From Fibrobacteria bacterium (lineage in GTDB: Bacteria; Fibrobacterota; Fibrobacteria; UBA11236): a stretch of 15,809 nucleotides of DNA. Of the stretch, positions 1-7,495 are shown piece by piece. A program made the translations under genes and the position numbers. Position 1 is the stretch's first letter; every line of letters starts with the position of its first letter. Below the pieces are notes generated by a model. The model saw only the letters and a program-made list of their open reading frames with translations. It made no database searches and had not been told where the DNA came from. The stretch covers positions 1-15,809 of the forward strand of contig JBJHDK010000055.1 of assembly GCA_050486505.1 (NCBI GenBank), in the 5' to 3' direction.

Positions 1-1
1 C

Positions 2-385
2 TTCACCACCTGCCTGCTCAAGCACCTGCTCGCGACGAACGCGGACCTGCTCGCCGTGCATCGCACCGTGCCGACGGAGGCGCTGCGCACGCTCTTTCTG
101 GAGACCGCGAGGATCGGCGGCGCGGCGGCCTTGCCCCCGGAGTTTCCCGTGCGGGCATTCGGGCTCGAGGGACGTTTCGCCACCGTGGGGCAGTTGCTGG
201 GGGGACTCGTTCCGCTCGCCTACGGCCACGCGGAACCGGAGGAACAATCGGTGTTCGGGCCCGTGATCGCGTCGCGCCTGCGGGAGGGAACCCTGGCGGA
301 GAGGCTGTTGCGCCGTTTCGAAGGCAACCCCGATCCGAAAGCCCTCTGCGCCTGGATGATGGGACTGCCGGAAAAGCAATCCTGA
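2..385 (+). CDS. 3' part of a gene running in from the left edge; possibly the C-terminus of a glutamate-cysteine ligase (GCS2-like) family protein
   Basis: Frame 2 is open from base 2 (FTTCLLKHLLATNADLLAVHRTVPTEAL...) to TGA 383-385 with GC-rich coding-type codon usage. The family guess rests only on recalled resemblance of the tail 'IASRLREGTLAERLLRRF'; the catalytic region is outside the window. Confidence 0.4.
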   Translation, partial: FTTCLLKHLLATNADLLAVHRTVPTEALRTLFLETARIGGAAALPPEFPVRAFGLEGRFATVGQLLGGLVPLAYGHAEPEEQSVFGPVIASRLREGTLAERLLRRFEGNPDPKALCAWMMGLPEKQS

Positions 386-525
386 ACCGTTCTTCCGCAC
401 GGAGGGAGGGCGCGCTTCGGCATAGGTCACTCCGACGCGGCCCGAAGGGCCACTCTTAAGAGCCGTCCGAAGCGTGCCCGGACGAGTACGGAAGGAAGGT
501 TCCGGATCAAGGCGAAATCCGGACC
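385..525. repeat. Nested palindromic/stem-loop element in the convergent intergenic gap
   Basis: gggcgcgcttcgg (408-420) pairs with ccgaagcgtgccc (467-479; one G-U). Inner hairpin ggccc-gaa-gggcc (439-451) and palindrome ctcttaagag (453-462). Outer arm ttccgcac (393-400)/gtacggaa (486-493) with one mismatch. Second hairpin tccggat (501-507)/atccgga (517-523). Confidence 0.55.
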
Positions 526-542
526 GGACGACGGATCGGAGA

Positions 543-1520
543 TCAGATCCATCCCCGGCGACGGAACCACAGGGTCATCAACAGAAACACCGCGGCGGAA
601 ATGCCGATGATGCCCATGAAGGCCAAGGGATGCCCCTCGAAGGGAAGCCCGACGTTCATTCCGTACAGCCCGCTCAGGAAGGAAAGCACCAGCAGCGGGG
701 TCGAGATCACGGTAAGCACGCGGATGACTTCGTTGGTTTTCTGCGTCATGGCCGAGCGGTGCAGCTCCAGCGAATTCTGCGCGACTTCCTTGTAGATGGC
801 CACGTCGTCGAGCAGGCTTCGCAGCCGGTTCTCCACCGACTTGAGGTAAGGGCGCGCATACGGCGTCACGAAGCGGCACGCGCCCGAGGTGAGGTCGTTG
901 ATCACCTGCAGCTGGGGGGCAAGCGCGAGATGCAACATGTAGAGGCCGTCGCGGACGTGGACGATGCGCTCGAGCAGGTCTTTTCCCGGCCGGTAGAGCG
1001 CCTGCTCCTCGAGCTCCGTCAACACGTCGTCCATGCTGTCGACCGCGGGCGCGGAGGCCTCGACCGCCCCGGAGAGCACGCGGGAGAGCAGAAGGTCGGG
1101 CGAACGGGGCGGGCTTTTCTGCCCGGGGACCTCATCCAGCAAGGTGTCGATCCAGGGGACGGGATTTCGGTGCACGGTGATCAGGTAGTTTCCTGAAATG
1201 ACGATGTCCACCTCGCCCGCGCGCCTTTCGACTTCTCCGTTCGGCTGGGCGGCGGCCCGCACCATGAGATGGCTGTACTCCTCGAACGGGGTGAAGCGCG
1301 GGCGCGCGCCCGGTTTGCGCATGCCCTGAAAGACAACGGGGTGCCACCCGAGCTTCGTCGAGAGCAGGGCTTCGGTGTCGGAGTCGAGACTTCCCTCGAC
1401 ATCGAGCCAGACAAAGCGCTTGTCGCCCGCATAACGATCGAGGGCTTCCCAGGTGTCGACAGGCTGGGCGGGGGACCCGGGCACGAAGGCGAGCCCGCGG
1501 AGGCGGGGGGACTGTGACAT
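543..1520 (-). CDS. corA: CorA-family Mg2+/Co2+ transporter (325 aa)
   Basis: Signature 'NEVIRVLTVISTPLLVLSFLSGLYGMN' with GMN motif, a second TM helix and basic tail 'WFRRRGWI'; N-terminal 'FVWLDV' and 'RPRF...E' motifs. ATG at 1520 (MSQSPRL) is preferred over the ORF-track start at 1667, which overlaps the divergent gene. Confidence 0.93.
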   Translation of the reverse strand: MSQSPRLRGLAFVPGSPAQPVDTWEALDRYAGDKRFVWLDVEGSLDSDTEALLSTKLGWHPVVFQGMRKPGARPRFTPFEEYSHLMVRAAAQPNGEVERRAGEVDIVISGNYLITVHRNPVPWIDTLLDEVPGQKSPPRSPDLLLSRVLSGAVEASAPAVDSMDDVLTELEEQALYRPGKDLLERIVHVRDGLYMLHLALAPQLQVINDLTSGACRFVTPYARPYLKSVENRLRSLLDDVAIYKEVAQNSLELHRSAMTQKTNEVIRVLTVISTPLLVLSFLSGLYGMNVGLPFEGHPLAFMGIIGISAAVFLLMTLWFRRRGWI

Positions 1521-1526
1521 GACCGG

Positions 1527-1535
1527 AAAATAACA
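1527..1535 (-). promoter_or_regulatory. Putative extended -10 (TG-t-TATTTT) 6 nt before the corA ATG
   Basis: Minus strand reads tgcggTGtTATTTTccggtcATG; no SD present. Confidence 0.45.
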
Positions 1536-1564
1536 CCGCACGGGCGGGGACGGCCGTTGGGCAC

Positions 1565-1573
1565 TGCTATATT
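1565..1573 (+). promoter_or_regulatory. Putative extended -10 (TG-c-TATATT) for the MMPL-hpt unit
   Basis: Plus strand gcacTGcTATATTcccaccaatcaatATG; an AT-rich island in a 66-bp divergent spacer. Confidence 0.5.
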
Positions 1574-1586
1574 CCCACCAATCAAT

Positions 1587-4247
1587 ATGCCCGCAACCTC
1601 CTCCTCTCCGCGGAAAAAAGGCCCCTTCCACCGCCTCGCGCACTGGTACGCGAAGCTGTCGTACCACCGTCCCTGGATTCCGCTGCTGCTGATCGCGCTC
1701 TCCGTGTTCGGAAGCGTGCAGCTGGCGAAGAACCTCCGCATCGACACCGACCTACGCGTGCTGCTCCCCGAAGGAACCCCTTCGAAGTGGGCGATCGAGG
1801 AGGCGGAACGGCGACGCGGTTCCACGGATCTGTACACGGTCGCCTTCGAATCGCCGTCGATCGAGGCGGTGGCGCGCTTCCAGCGCGACCTCGCGGACTC
1901 GATCCAGCACTGGCCCGAGGTGATCTGGAGCCAGTACGACCAGGATCGCTCCTTCTTCGAGGATCGCGCGCTGCTTTACCTGCCGGCGGAAGAGCTCGAG
2001 GACCTGTACGACCGCGTCAGCGAAATGGTCGGCGATGAATTCGCGGCCGCGAACCCGCTCATCGAATCCCTCTTCGACGAAGGGGAGCGGGAGAAGCGCG
2101 GGCTCGAAGGCTGGCCCGACGCCGAGTCGCTGCGGCGCGAGGGATTGCCCGAGGATATCGTCACCGCGCTTCTCGCCAAGGCGGGCCGCGGCGACCGCGA
2201 GGAAGAGGAGTCCGCCGCAGCGCCCCCCTCCAGGGTGGACGACCCGGAGGATCCCCCCAAACCCGACTCGCTGGAATTCAGGCTGATCAACTGGCACGCG
2301 TCGAAGCAGGTGTGGGTGGGCGTGGTGCTGACACAGCTCAACCAGCCTTCCACGGACGCCGCCTTCGCCAAGTCGATGTACGACCGGGGCGAAGCGCTGA
2401 TCGCATCGATGCATCCGGAGGAGTATCACCCGGAACTCGTGGCGCGCGTCGCGGGAGCCTTCCGCAACTTCAACGAAATCGACCAGGTGAACGCCGACGT
2501 GGTGGCCGCCGGCGTGATCTCGCTGGTTCTGGTCACGCTGCTGTTGCTCGTGTTCGTGCGCAAGCCGCTGAACCTTTTGCTCATCAATCTTCCGCTGTTC
2601 ACCGCGATGGCCTGGGCGATGGCGGTGACCTTCATGGTGTACCAGCGCCTCACCATGCTGACGGCGTTCATCCTCTCCCTCATCCTCGGGCTCGGCATCG
2701 ACTATGCCGTGCACCTCTACGCCCGCTGGACGGAGGAAATGCGGCGCGGGCGCCAGCCGATCCCGGCGATGACGCGCGCCATGACCACCACGGGCCGCGC
2801 CCTGCTGGCCAGCGCCGCCACGAGCATCATCGCCATGTTGAGCCTGCAGATGGGGCACTTCGAGGGCTTCCGCGAGTTCGGCGTGGTGGTCTCGCTGGGG
2901 ATTTTCTTCGCGCTGATCGCGAGCTGGATCGTCACGCCGCCCCTGTTCTTCCTCGCGGTGCGCGGCACGGCCTGGCTCGGCCGCCACGTCTCCCGCGCTC
3001 CGACGCGCTGGGCCGTGCGCCGCCTTCTGCCGTCGGGCGCGCACGGGGCCCGGCTGTTGCCCCGGCTGAACGTCACGCCGCGCGCGATGAAAGTCCTCGC
3101 CGCAAGCGCCGCCGTACTGACCGTTGCCGTCTCTTTCGCGCCGCCGGTCGATTTCGAGAACGACTTCCGCAACCTGCGCGGGCCCAGCACGGGCGCCGGC
3201 ATCAGCTACGGGCGCGCGGTGGGCGCCGGGCAGAACACCTCGCCAGCGGTGATCCTCGGCCAGAGCGAGGCGCAGATGCGCGCCGTGCACGAGGGCCTGG
3301 CCGCGCGTTACGGGGTACCCGCCGACAGCATGCTGCACGGGTTCATGACCATCCAGTCGTTCGTGCCGCGCCCGGCGCTGCAGCGCGAGCGCAAGGAGAT
3401 CATGGTGGACATCCTGAGCCTGATCAATGCGCGGGCGCTCGAGCGCGTCGATTCGGCGACGCGCGCCGACCTCGATTCGCTGCGGCGCTACCTCCACGCG
3501 CGGCCCTTCACCTTCGACAGCCTGCCGGGCTGGTCGCAGCGCTTCCTCACCGAGGCGGACGGAAGCACCGGCAAGATGGGCTTCCTGTACGCGAAGATGC
3601 GCGAGAGCGACGCGGTGGAAAGCGCGCTGTTCCAGGACCGCTTCCAGTTCCTGCCCGCGCGCGGCGACACGGTGCCGGTCGCGAGCAGCGGCTTCATCTA
3701 CGCCGACGTGGTGCGCATGGTCAAGCAAGATGGCCCCGTGCTGGCCATCGCGACCATCCTCCTGTTGTTGCTGATCACGGCCATCGACATGCGCCGCTGG
3801 AGGGGCGTCGTCATCGTCGTGGGATTCCTGCTGCTCACGAGCTGGTGGACGTACAGCCTGATGGGCCTGCTCGGCTTCAAGCTCGGCGTGTTCAATCTCG
3901 TCGTGATTCCCACCGTGCTCGCCGTCTCGGTGGATGCCGTGATTCACCTCTACCACCGAAGGCTCGCGCTCGGAGCCGGGCGCATCGGCGAACTGTACCA
4001 CGGCACGGGGTCGGCCGTGCTCGTGGGCGCGCTCACCAACTTCTTCGGATTCTTCGGCCTGTGCTTCGTCGCCCACAAGGGCATGCAGTCCATCGGCTTC
4101 CTCGCCTGCCTCGGCATCGGCAGCGGCATCCTCGTGATGTTCACGGCGTTGCCCGCGGCGCTCGAATACCTCTGCCCGAAGGATCCCGTGGAAGAGGACG
4201 AGGACGCCTACTCCGCCGCGCACGGGGACGTCGGAGGCGGGTCGTAA
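1587..4247 (+). CDS. MMPL/RND-superfamily (HpnN-like) lipid transporter, 886 aa
   Basis: Two repeats of 1 TM + large loop + 5 TM. 'LRIDTDLRVLLP' follows TM1; TM4 motif 'LILGLGIDYAVHL'; 'TGRALLASAATS', 'F.GFREFG'; second-half 'AVSVDAVIHL' and 'GMQSIGFLACLG'. ATG 1587 is preferred to TTG 1557. Confidence 0.88.
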   Translation: MPATSSSPRKKGPFHRLAHWYAKLSYHRPWIPLLLIALSVFGSVQLAKNLRIDTDLRVLLPEGTPSKWAIEEAERRRGSTDLYTVAFESPSIEAVARFQRDLADSIQHWPEVIWSQYDQDRSFFEDRALLYLPAEELEDLYDRVSEMVGDEFAAANPLIESLFDEGEREKRGLEGWPDAESLRREGLPEDIVTALLAKAGRGDREEEESAAAPPSRVDDPEDPPKPDSLEFRLINWHASKQVWVGVVLTQLNQPSTDAAFAKSMYDRGEALIASMHPEEYHPELVARVAGAFRNFNEIDQVNADVVAAGVISLVLVTLLLLVFVRKPLNLLLINLPLFTAMAWAMAVTFMVYQRLTMLTAFILSLILGLGIDYAVHLYARWTEEMRRGRQPIPAMTRAMTTTGRALLASAATSIIAMLSLQMGHFEGFREFGVVVSLGIFFALIASWIVTPPLFFLAVRGTAWLGRHVSRAPTRWAVRRLLPSGAHGARLLPRLNVTPRAMKVLAASAAVLTVAVSFAPPVDFENDFRNLRGPSTGAGISYGRAVGAGQNTSPAVILGQSEAQMRAVHEGLAARYGVPADSMLHGFMTIQSFVPRPALQRERKEIMVDILSLINARALERVDSATRADLDSLRRYLHARPFTFDSLPGWSQRFLTEADGSTGKMGFLYAKMRESDAVESALFQDRFQFLPARGDTVPVASSGFIYADVVRMVKQDGPVLAIATILLLLLITAIDMRRWRGVVIVVGFLLLTSWWTYSLMGLLGFKLGVFNLVVIPTVLAVSVDAVIHLYHRRLALGAGRIGELYHGTGSAVLVGALTNFFGFFGLCFVAHKGMQSIGFLACLGIGSGILVMFTALPAALEYLCPKDPVEEDEDAYSAAHGDVGGGS

Positions 4248-4254
4248 CCACCGC

Positions 4255-4758
4255 ATGCGCACGCTGATCTCCGCCGATGCCCTCGCGGCCCGCGTCGCGG
4301 AGCTGGGCGCGGACATCACCCGGGATTACGCCGGCAAGGAACCCGTGCTCGTCTGCACCCTCAAGGGTGCCATCATCTTCACCGCCGACCTTGCGCGCAC
4401 CATCGATCTTCCTGTTCGCATCGAGTTCGTGCGCGGCGAAAGTTACGGCGCGGACACGGAATCTTCGGGCGAGGTGCGCATCACCATGGAGCCGGATTTT
4501 CTGCTCACGGGCCGCGACGTGATCCTCGTAGAGGACATCGTGGACACCGGTCTCACCGTGGCGCGCCTGCTCGATGTCTTGCGCGCGCACAAACCCGCGA
4601 GCCTCAAGGTTTGCGCGCTGCTCCACAAGCCGGCGCGGCAAGTCGTGCATGTGCCCATCGACTATCTCGGCTTCACCATCGAAGATGTCTTTGTGGTCGG
4701 GTACGGGCTGGATCATGGGGGGCTCTACCGCAACCTGCCCTACGTCGGGGTGCTGTAG
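4255..4758 (+). CDS. hpt: Hypoxanthine(-guanine) phosphoribosyltransferase
   Basis: PRPP-binding motif 'VILVEDIVDTGLT', plus 'LKGAIIFTADL', 'SYG' loop and 'FVVGYGLD...YRNLPY'. Starts 7 bp after the MMPL stop. Confidence 0.96.
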   Translation: MRTLISADALAARVAELGADITRDYAGKEPVLVCTLKGAIIFTADLARTIDLPVRIEFVRGESYGADTESSGEVRITMEPDFLLTGRDVILVEDIVDTGLTVARLLDVLRAHKPASLKVCALLHKPARQVVHVPIDYLGFTIEDVFVVGYGLDHGGLYRNLPYVGVL

Positions 4759-5261
4759 CCCGACAACGCTTGCTGCGTCACGGCGTGCCGGTACGCGAAC
4801 ATCTTCTCCAGCTTGCGGCGCGTGAACCATGCCCCGAACAACTCCCCCGCGAACCCGAACGGCAGCCGGTAATGGATCTCATCGGTCAACACCGATGTCC
4901 CGTCTCCGTTGTCGGTGAACTCGTGGCGATGTTCCCAGAAGGGGAACGGCCCCCTCAACATGCGGTCGCAAAAGACGCGCCCCTCCTCGTGCCCGAAATG
5001 CTCCATCTCCCAGGTCGTCCACACGCCCAGGCCGAACGCGCCGACCTTCGCACGCAAGACCACGCGGGACCCGTTGCGGATGCCGGCGCTCACGGACACC
5101 ACGCGCACTTTTTCCCACGGCGGCGTCAGCGCCTCAAGCGCGCCGGGCTGCGCGTGCCACGCGAACGCCTCCGCAGCCGACACGGGCAGGACGACCGTGC
5201 GAGTGAAGCATCTCCGCCCATTATCAGCATTACGAGAATGTTTCACTGTCATTGTTTTCAT
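4740..5261 (-). CDS. SRPBCC (START/Bet v1-like) ligand-binding domain protein
   Basis: 'AFAWHAQPGALEALTPPW', 'F.DRMLRGPFPFWEHRHEF', 'T.LTDEIHYRLPFG' and 'LEKMFAYRH' are typical of this subfamily. Start uncertain (ATG 5261 or 5252). Overlaps the hpt 3' end by 19 bp, convergently. Confidence 0.88.
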   Translation of the reverse strand: MKTMTVKHSRNADNGRRCFTRTVVLPVSAAEAFAWHAQPGALEALTPPWEKVRVVSVSAGIRNGSRVVLRAKVGAFGLGVWTTWEMEHFGHEEGRVFCDRMLRGPFPFWEHRHEFTDNGDGTSVLTDEIHYRLPFGFAGELFGAWFTRRKLEKMFAYRHAVTQQALSGYSTPT

Positions 5262-5267
5262 CCGCCC

Positions 5268-5296
5268 TTGAACACGCCTTTTTCCTTCACTACCTT
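5268..5296 (+). promoter_or_regulatory. Putative sigma70-type promoter of the mgtE unit
   Basis: TTGAAC (5268-5273), 17 bp, TACCTT (5291-5296); implies a start near 5303 and a ~160-nt leader. Confidence 0.55.
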
Positions 5297-5302
5297 ACAC
5301 CC

Positions 5303-5464
5303 CACTTCGGCGCAATTCTGCAAAGAAGGATTCAAACCTGGACCCCGAAATGGAACCTGGCAGTAGTCAATCCCATACTAGATATCTCGCCCGGGGTCGT
5401 CGGGGGATGATGGGCGCATAGCGTCCCGGCATCCACCTCCTGCCCTGCGGCAAAGGAGGTGGAT
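5303..5464 (+). promoter_or_regulatory. Structured mgtE 5' leader with SD-sequestering hairpin (candidate translational attenuator/riboswitch)
   Basis: atccacctcct (5431-5441) is the exact reverse complement of aggaggtggat (5454-5464), which contains the SD and abuts ATG 5465. Additional stems: gaccccg (5341-5347)/cggggtc (5392-5398), and 5402-5437. Confidence 0.65.
5350..5421 (+). CDS. Candidate leader peptide MEPGSSQSHTRYLARGRRGMMGA (23 aa; an in-frame CTG at 5338 would add DPE)
   Basis: ATG 5350 to TAG 5419-5421. Weak GGA 7 nt upstream of the ATG; AAGGA (5326-5330) 7 nt upstream of CTG 5338. Translation is not demonstrated. Confidence 0.3.
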   Translation: MEPGSSQSHTRYLARGRRGMMGA

Positions 5465-6826
5465 ATGAACCGCGAAGAACTTCTCTTTTCGCTCCGCACA
5501 GTCCTTGCTTCACGTGACGCGAAGGCCCTTCAGGCCATCTACCGTCACACGCACCCCGCCGACATCGTTTCGGTGCTCGAAGAAGACTTTTCCGACCACA
5601 TTCACGAATTTCTGCCCCTGTTCACGGGCGAGCAGCGCGCCGTCATCTTCGGGTACCTCCCCGCCGACCTTCAGGTCGAGCAGCTGGAGAACCTGTCCCG
5701 TCAGGAACTGGTAAGCCTCTTCACCCGCATGTCGAACGACGAGCGGGCCGACCTCTACCAGCACCTCTCCCCGGAACAGGTGGAGAATCTCATGCCCGCA
5801 CTGGCGCAGGCCGAGCGCGAGGACATCCGCAAGCTAGCCGGCTACGAGGAAGGCACCGCCGGGGCGCTGATGACCTCCGAGTACGCGACCGTGGACGCGG
5901 GACTCACCGCCCGTGCCGCCATCGACCAACTGCGTCGCGAGGCACCCGACAAGGAGACGATCTACCAGGCCTTCGTGATCGACGCGGAGCGCCGGCTGGT
6001 CGGCACGCTCTCGCTGCGCGATCTCATCATCGCGCCTGCGGAGGCCAAGGTCGGCGATCTCATGAAGACCTCCGTGATCTCGGCGCGCGTCGAGGATCCG
6101 GCCGCCGAGGTCGCCGAAAAAATCGGGCGCTACGACCTCATCGCGCTTCCCATCCTCAACGGCGGCGACCGGCTGGTCGGCATCGTCACCTATGACGACG
6201 CCATGGACGTCGTCGAGCAGGAGGCCACCGAGGACTTCCACAAGGGCGGCGGCTCCTTCGCCCTCAAGGGCACGACCCTGCGCGACGCGCCCGTCTGGAC
6301 GCTCTTCCGCAAGCGCGTGTTCTGGTTGATCGTGCTCGTGTTCGGCAACCTGTTTTCCGGCGCGGGCATTGCCCACTTCGAAGACCTGATCGCGGCGCAA
6401 ATCGCACTGGTCTTCTTCCTGCCGCTGCTGATCGACAGCGGCGGAAACGCGGGCGCACAGTCGTCCACGCTGATGGTGCGTTCGCTTGCGACCGGAGACG
6501 TGCATCTTTCGGACTGGGGGCGCATGCTCGGCCGCGAGCTCGGTGTGGCCTTGCTGCTGGGCCTCGCCATGGCTGCGGCGGTCTCCGGCATCGGCTTCTT
6601 CCGCGGCGGTCCCGAGATCGCCCTCGTCGTGTCGATGTCGATGGTCGTGATCGTCACGGTCGGAAGCTTGATCGGCATGTCGCTGCCCTTCGTGCTCAAC
6701 CGCTTCGGCCTCGATCCCGCCACGGCAAGCGCTCCGCTGGTGACCTCCATCGCGGACGCCTCGGGCGTGATCATCTACCTCTCCATCGCCATGGCCGTCC
6801 TGGGCCTCCCGGGAGGTGCAGCATGA
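5465..6826 (+). CDS. mgtE: Magnesium transporter MgtE (453 aa)
   Basis: N domain 'HPADI...MSNDERADL', 'YEEGTAGALMT', CBS pair, plug 'GIVTYDDAMDVVEQEATED', TM motifs 'LIDSGGNAGAQS' and 'DPATASAPLVTSIADASG' (conserved Mg-binding Asp). SD AGGAGG at 5454-5459 favours ATG 5465. Confidence 0.97.
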   Translation: MNREELLFSLRTVLASRDAKALQAIYRHTHPADIVSVLEEDFSDHIHEFLPLFTGEQRAVIFGYLPADLQVEQLENLSRQELVSLFTRMSNDERADLYQHLSPEQVENLMPALAQAEREDIRKLAGYEEGTAGALMTSEYATVDAGLTARAAIDQLRREAPDKETIYQAFVIDAERRLVGTLSLRDLIIAPAEAKVGDLMKTSVISARVEDPAAEVAEKIGRYDLIALPILNGGDRLVGIVTYDDAMDVVEQEATEDFHKGGGSFALKGTTLRDAPVWTLFRKRVFWLIVLVFGNLFSGAGIAHFEDLIAAQIALVFFLPLLIDSGGNAGAQSSTLMVRSLATGDVHLSDWGRMLGRELGVALLLGLAMAAAVSGIGFFRGGPEIALVVSMSMVVIVTVGSLIGMSLPFVLNRFGLDPATASAPLVTSIADASGVIIYLSIAMAVLGLPGGAA

Positions 6827-7494
6827 AGCCGTTCTTCGCAACGACGTCCGGATTGCTCATCGCGGCATTGTTCGGCGCCACAGCCGCGCACGCCGCCGGC
6901 GGGCACTTCATCATCGACGATGCCACCACCCTCGACCCCGGCCGATGCCACGTCGAATCGTGGGTGGAGCATGGCGGCGGAACCACGCTGTCCCTCGGCC
7001 CCGCCTGCCATGCAGGCGGCGTCGAGTGGTCGCTCGGGCTCGAAGGGCCGACAACCGGAAGCCTCGACGCATGGTCGGTGGCCCCGCAGGCCAAGGTCGC
7101 CTTCCCTCTCACCGATGCTCGCTTCGCGATCGGAGCCGTCGCGGGCCTGGTACTGACCGATCACCTCCGCGACGTCGAAGGCGTGTATGCGCTCATCCCG
7201 TTCACGTGGACGACCGCATGGGGCGACCTGCACCTGAATGCGGGATACGACTGGAACCGTAACGGCAACGACATCATGCGGGGGGGCGCTTCGGCATATG
7301 CTCCCCTGGCGGGGACTGTGGACGGGGTCCTCGCCGTGTTCGCGGAGAACGGCGACTGGAGTTCGCAGGCCGGACTCCGCGTGTGGCTCGTCCCGGAATC
7401 CGTGTCACTCGACGGGAGCCTGACGCGCGGCCTTGCGAGGGATGGCGACTGGTTGCTCGCCGCCGGACTCACGGTGGAGTTCGACCGACCTTGA
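6823..7494 (+). CDS. Uncharacterised exported protein, probable outer-membrane beta-barrel (223 aa)
   Basis: ATGA overlap with the mgtE stop. Sec signal peptide ending AHA|A; many amphipathic strand-like segments (LHLNAGYDW, QAGLRVWL, VSLDGSL); near-terminal 'AAGLTVEF'. Confidence 0.7.
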   Translation: MKPFFATTSGLLIAALFGATAAHAAGGHFIIDDATTLDPGRCHVESWVEHGGGTTLSLGPACHAGGVEWSLGLEGPTTGSLDAWSVAPQAKVAFPLTDARFAIGAVAGLVLTDHLRDVEGVYALIPFTWTTAWGDLHLNAGYDWNRNGNDIMRGGASAYAPLAGTVDGVLAVFAENGDWSSQAGLRVWLVPESVSLDGSLTRGLARDGDWLLAAGLTVEFDRP

Positions 7495-7495
7495 T

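Noticed and set aside
385..525. SRP RNA, 6S RNA, tRNA or self-cleaving ribozyme in the first spacer
   Set aside because: No SRP helix-8 motif, tRNA T-loop/cloverleaf or hammerhead CUGANGA core; short for 6S. A superficial pistol-like string (agggccactcttaa) lacks the required P1/pseudoknot pairing.
1752..4319. 855-aa minus-strand ORF and 651-aa alternate-frame ORF (2312-4267) over the MMPL gene
   Set aside because: Shadow ORFs expected in high-GC coding DNA; Arg/Ala/Gly/His-rich with no motifs, while the MMPL frame has clear family signatures.
5300..5464. M-box (ykoK) or yybP-ykoY riboswitch upstream of mgtE
   Set aside because: Could not find UUAGGUGAGGCU-type M-box or GGGGAGUA yybP-type conserved segments by eye; kept as an unassigned structured leader.
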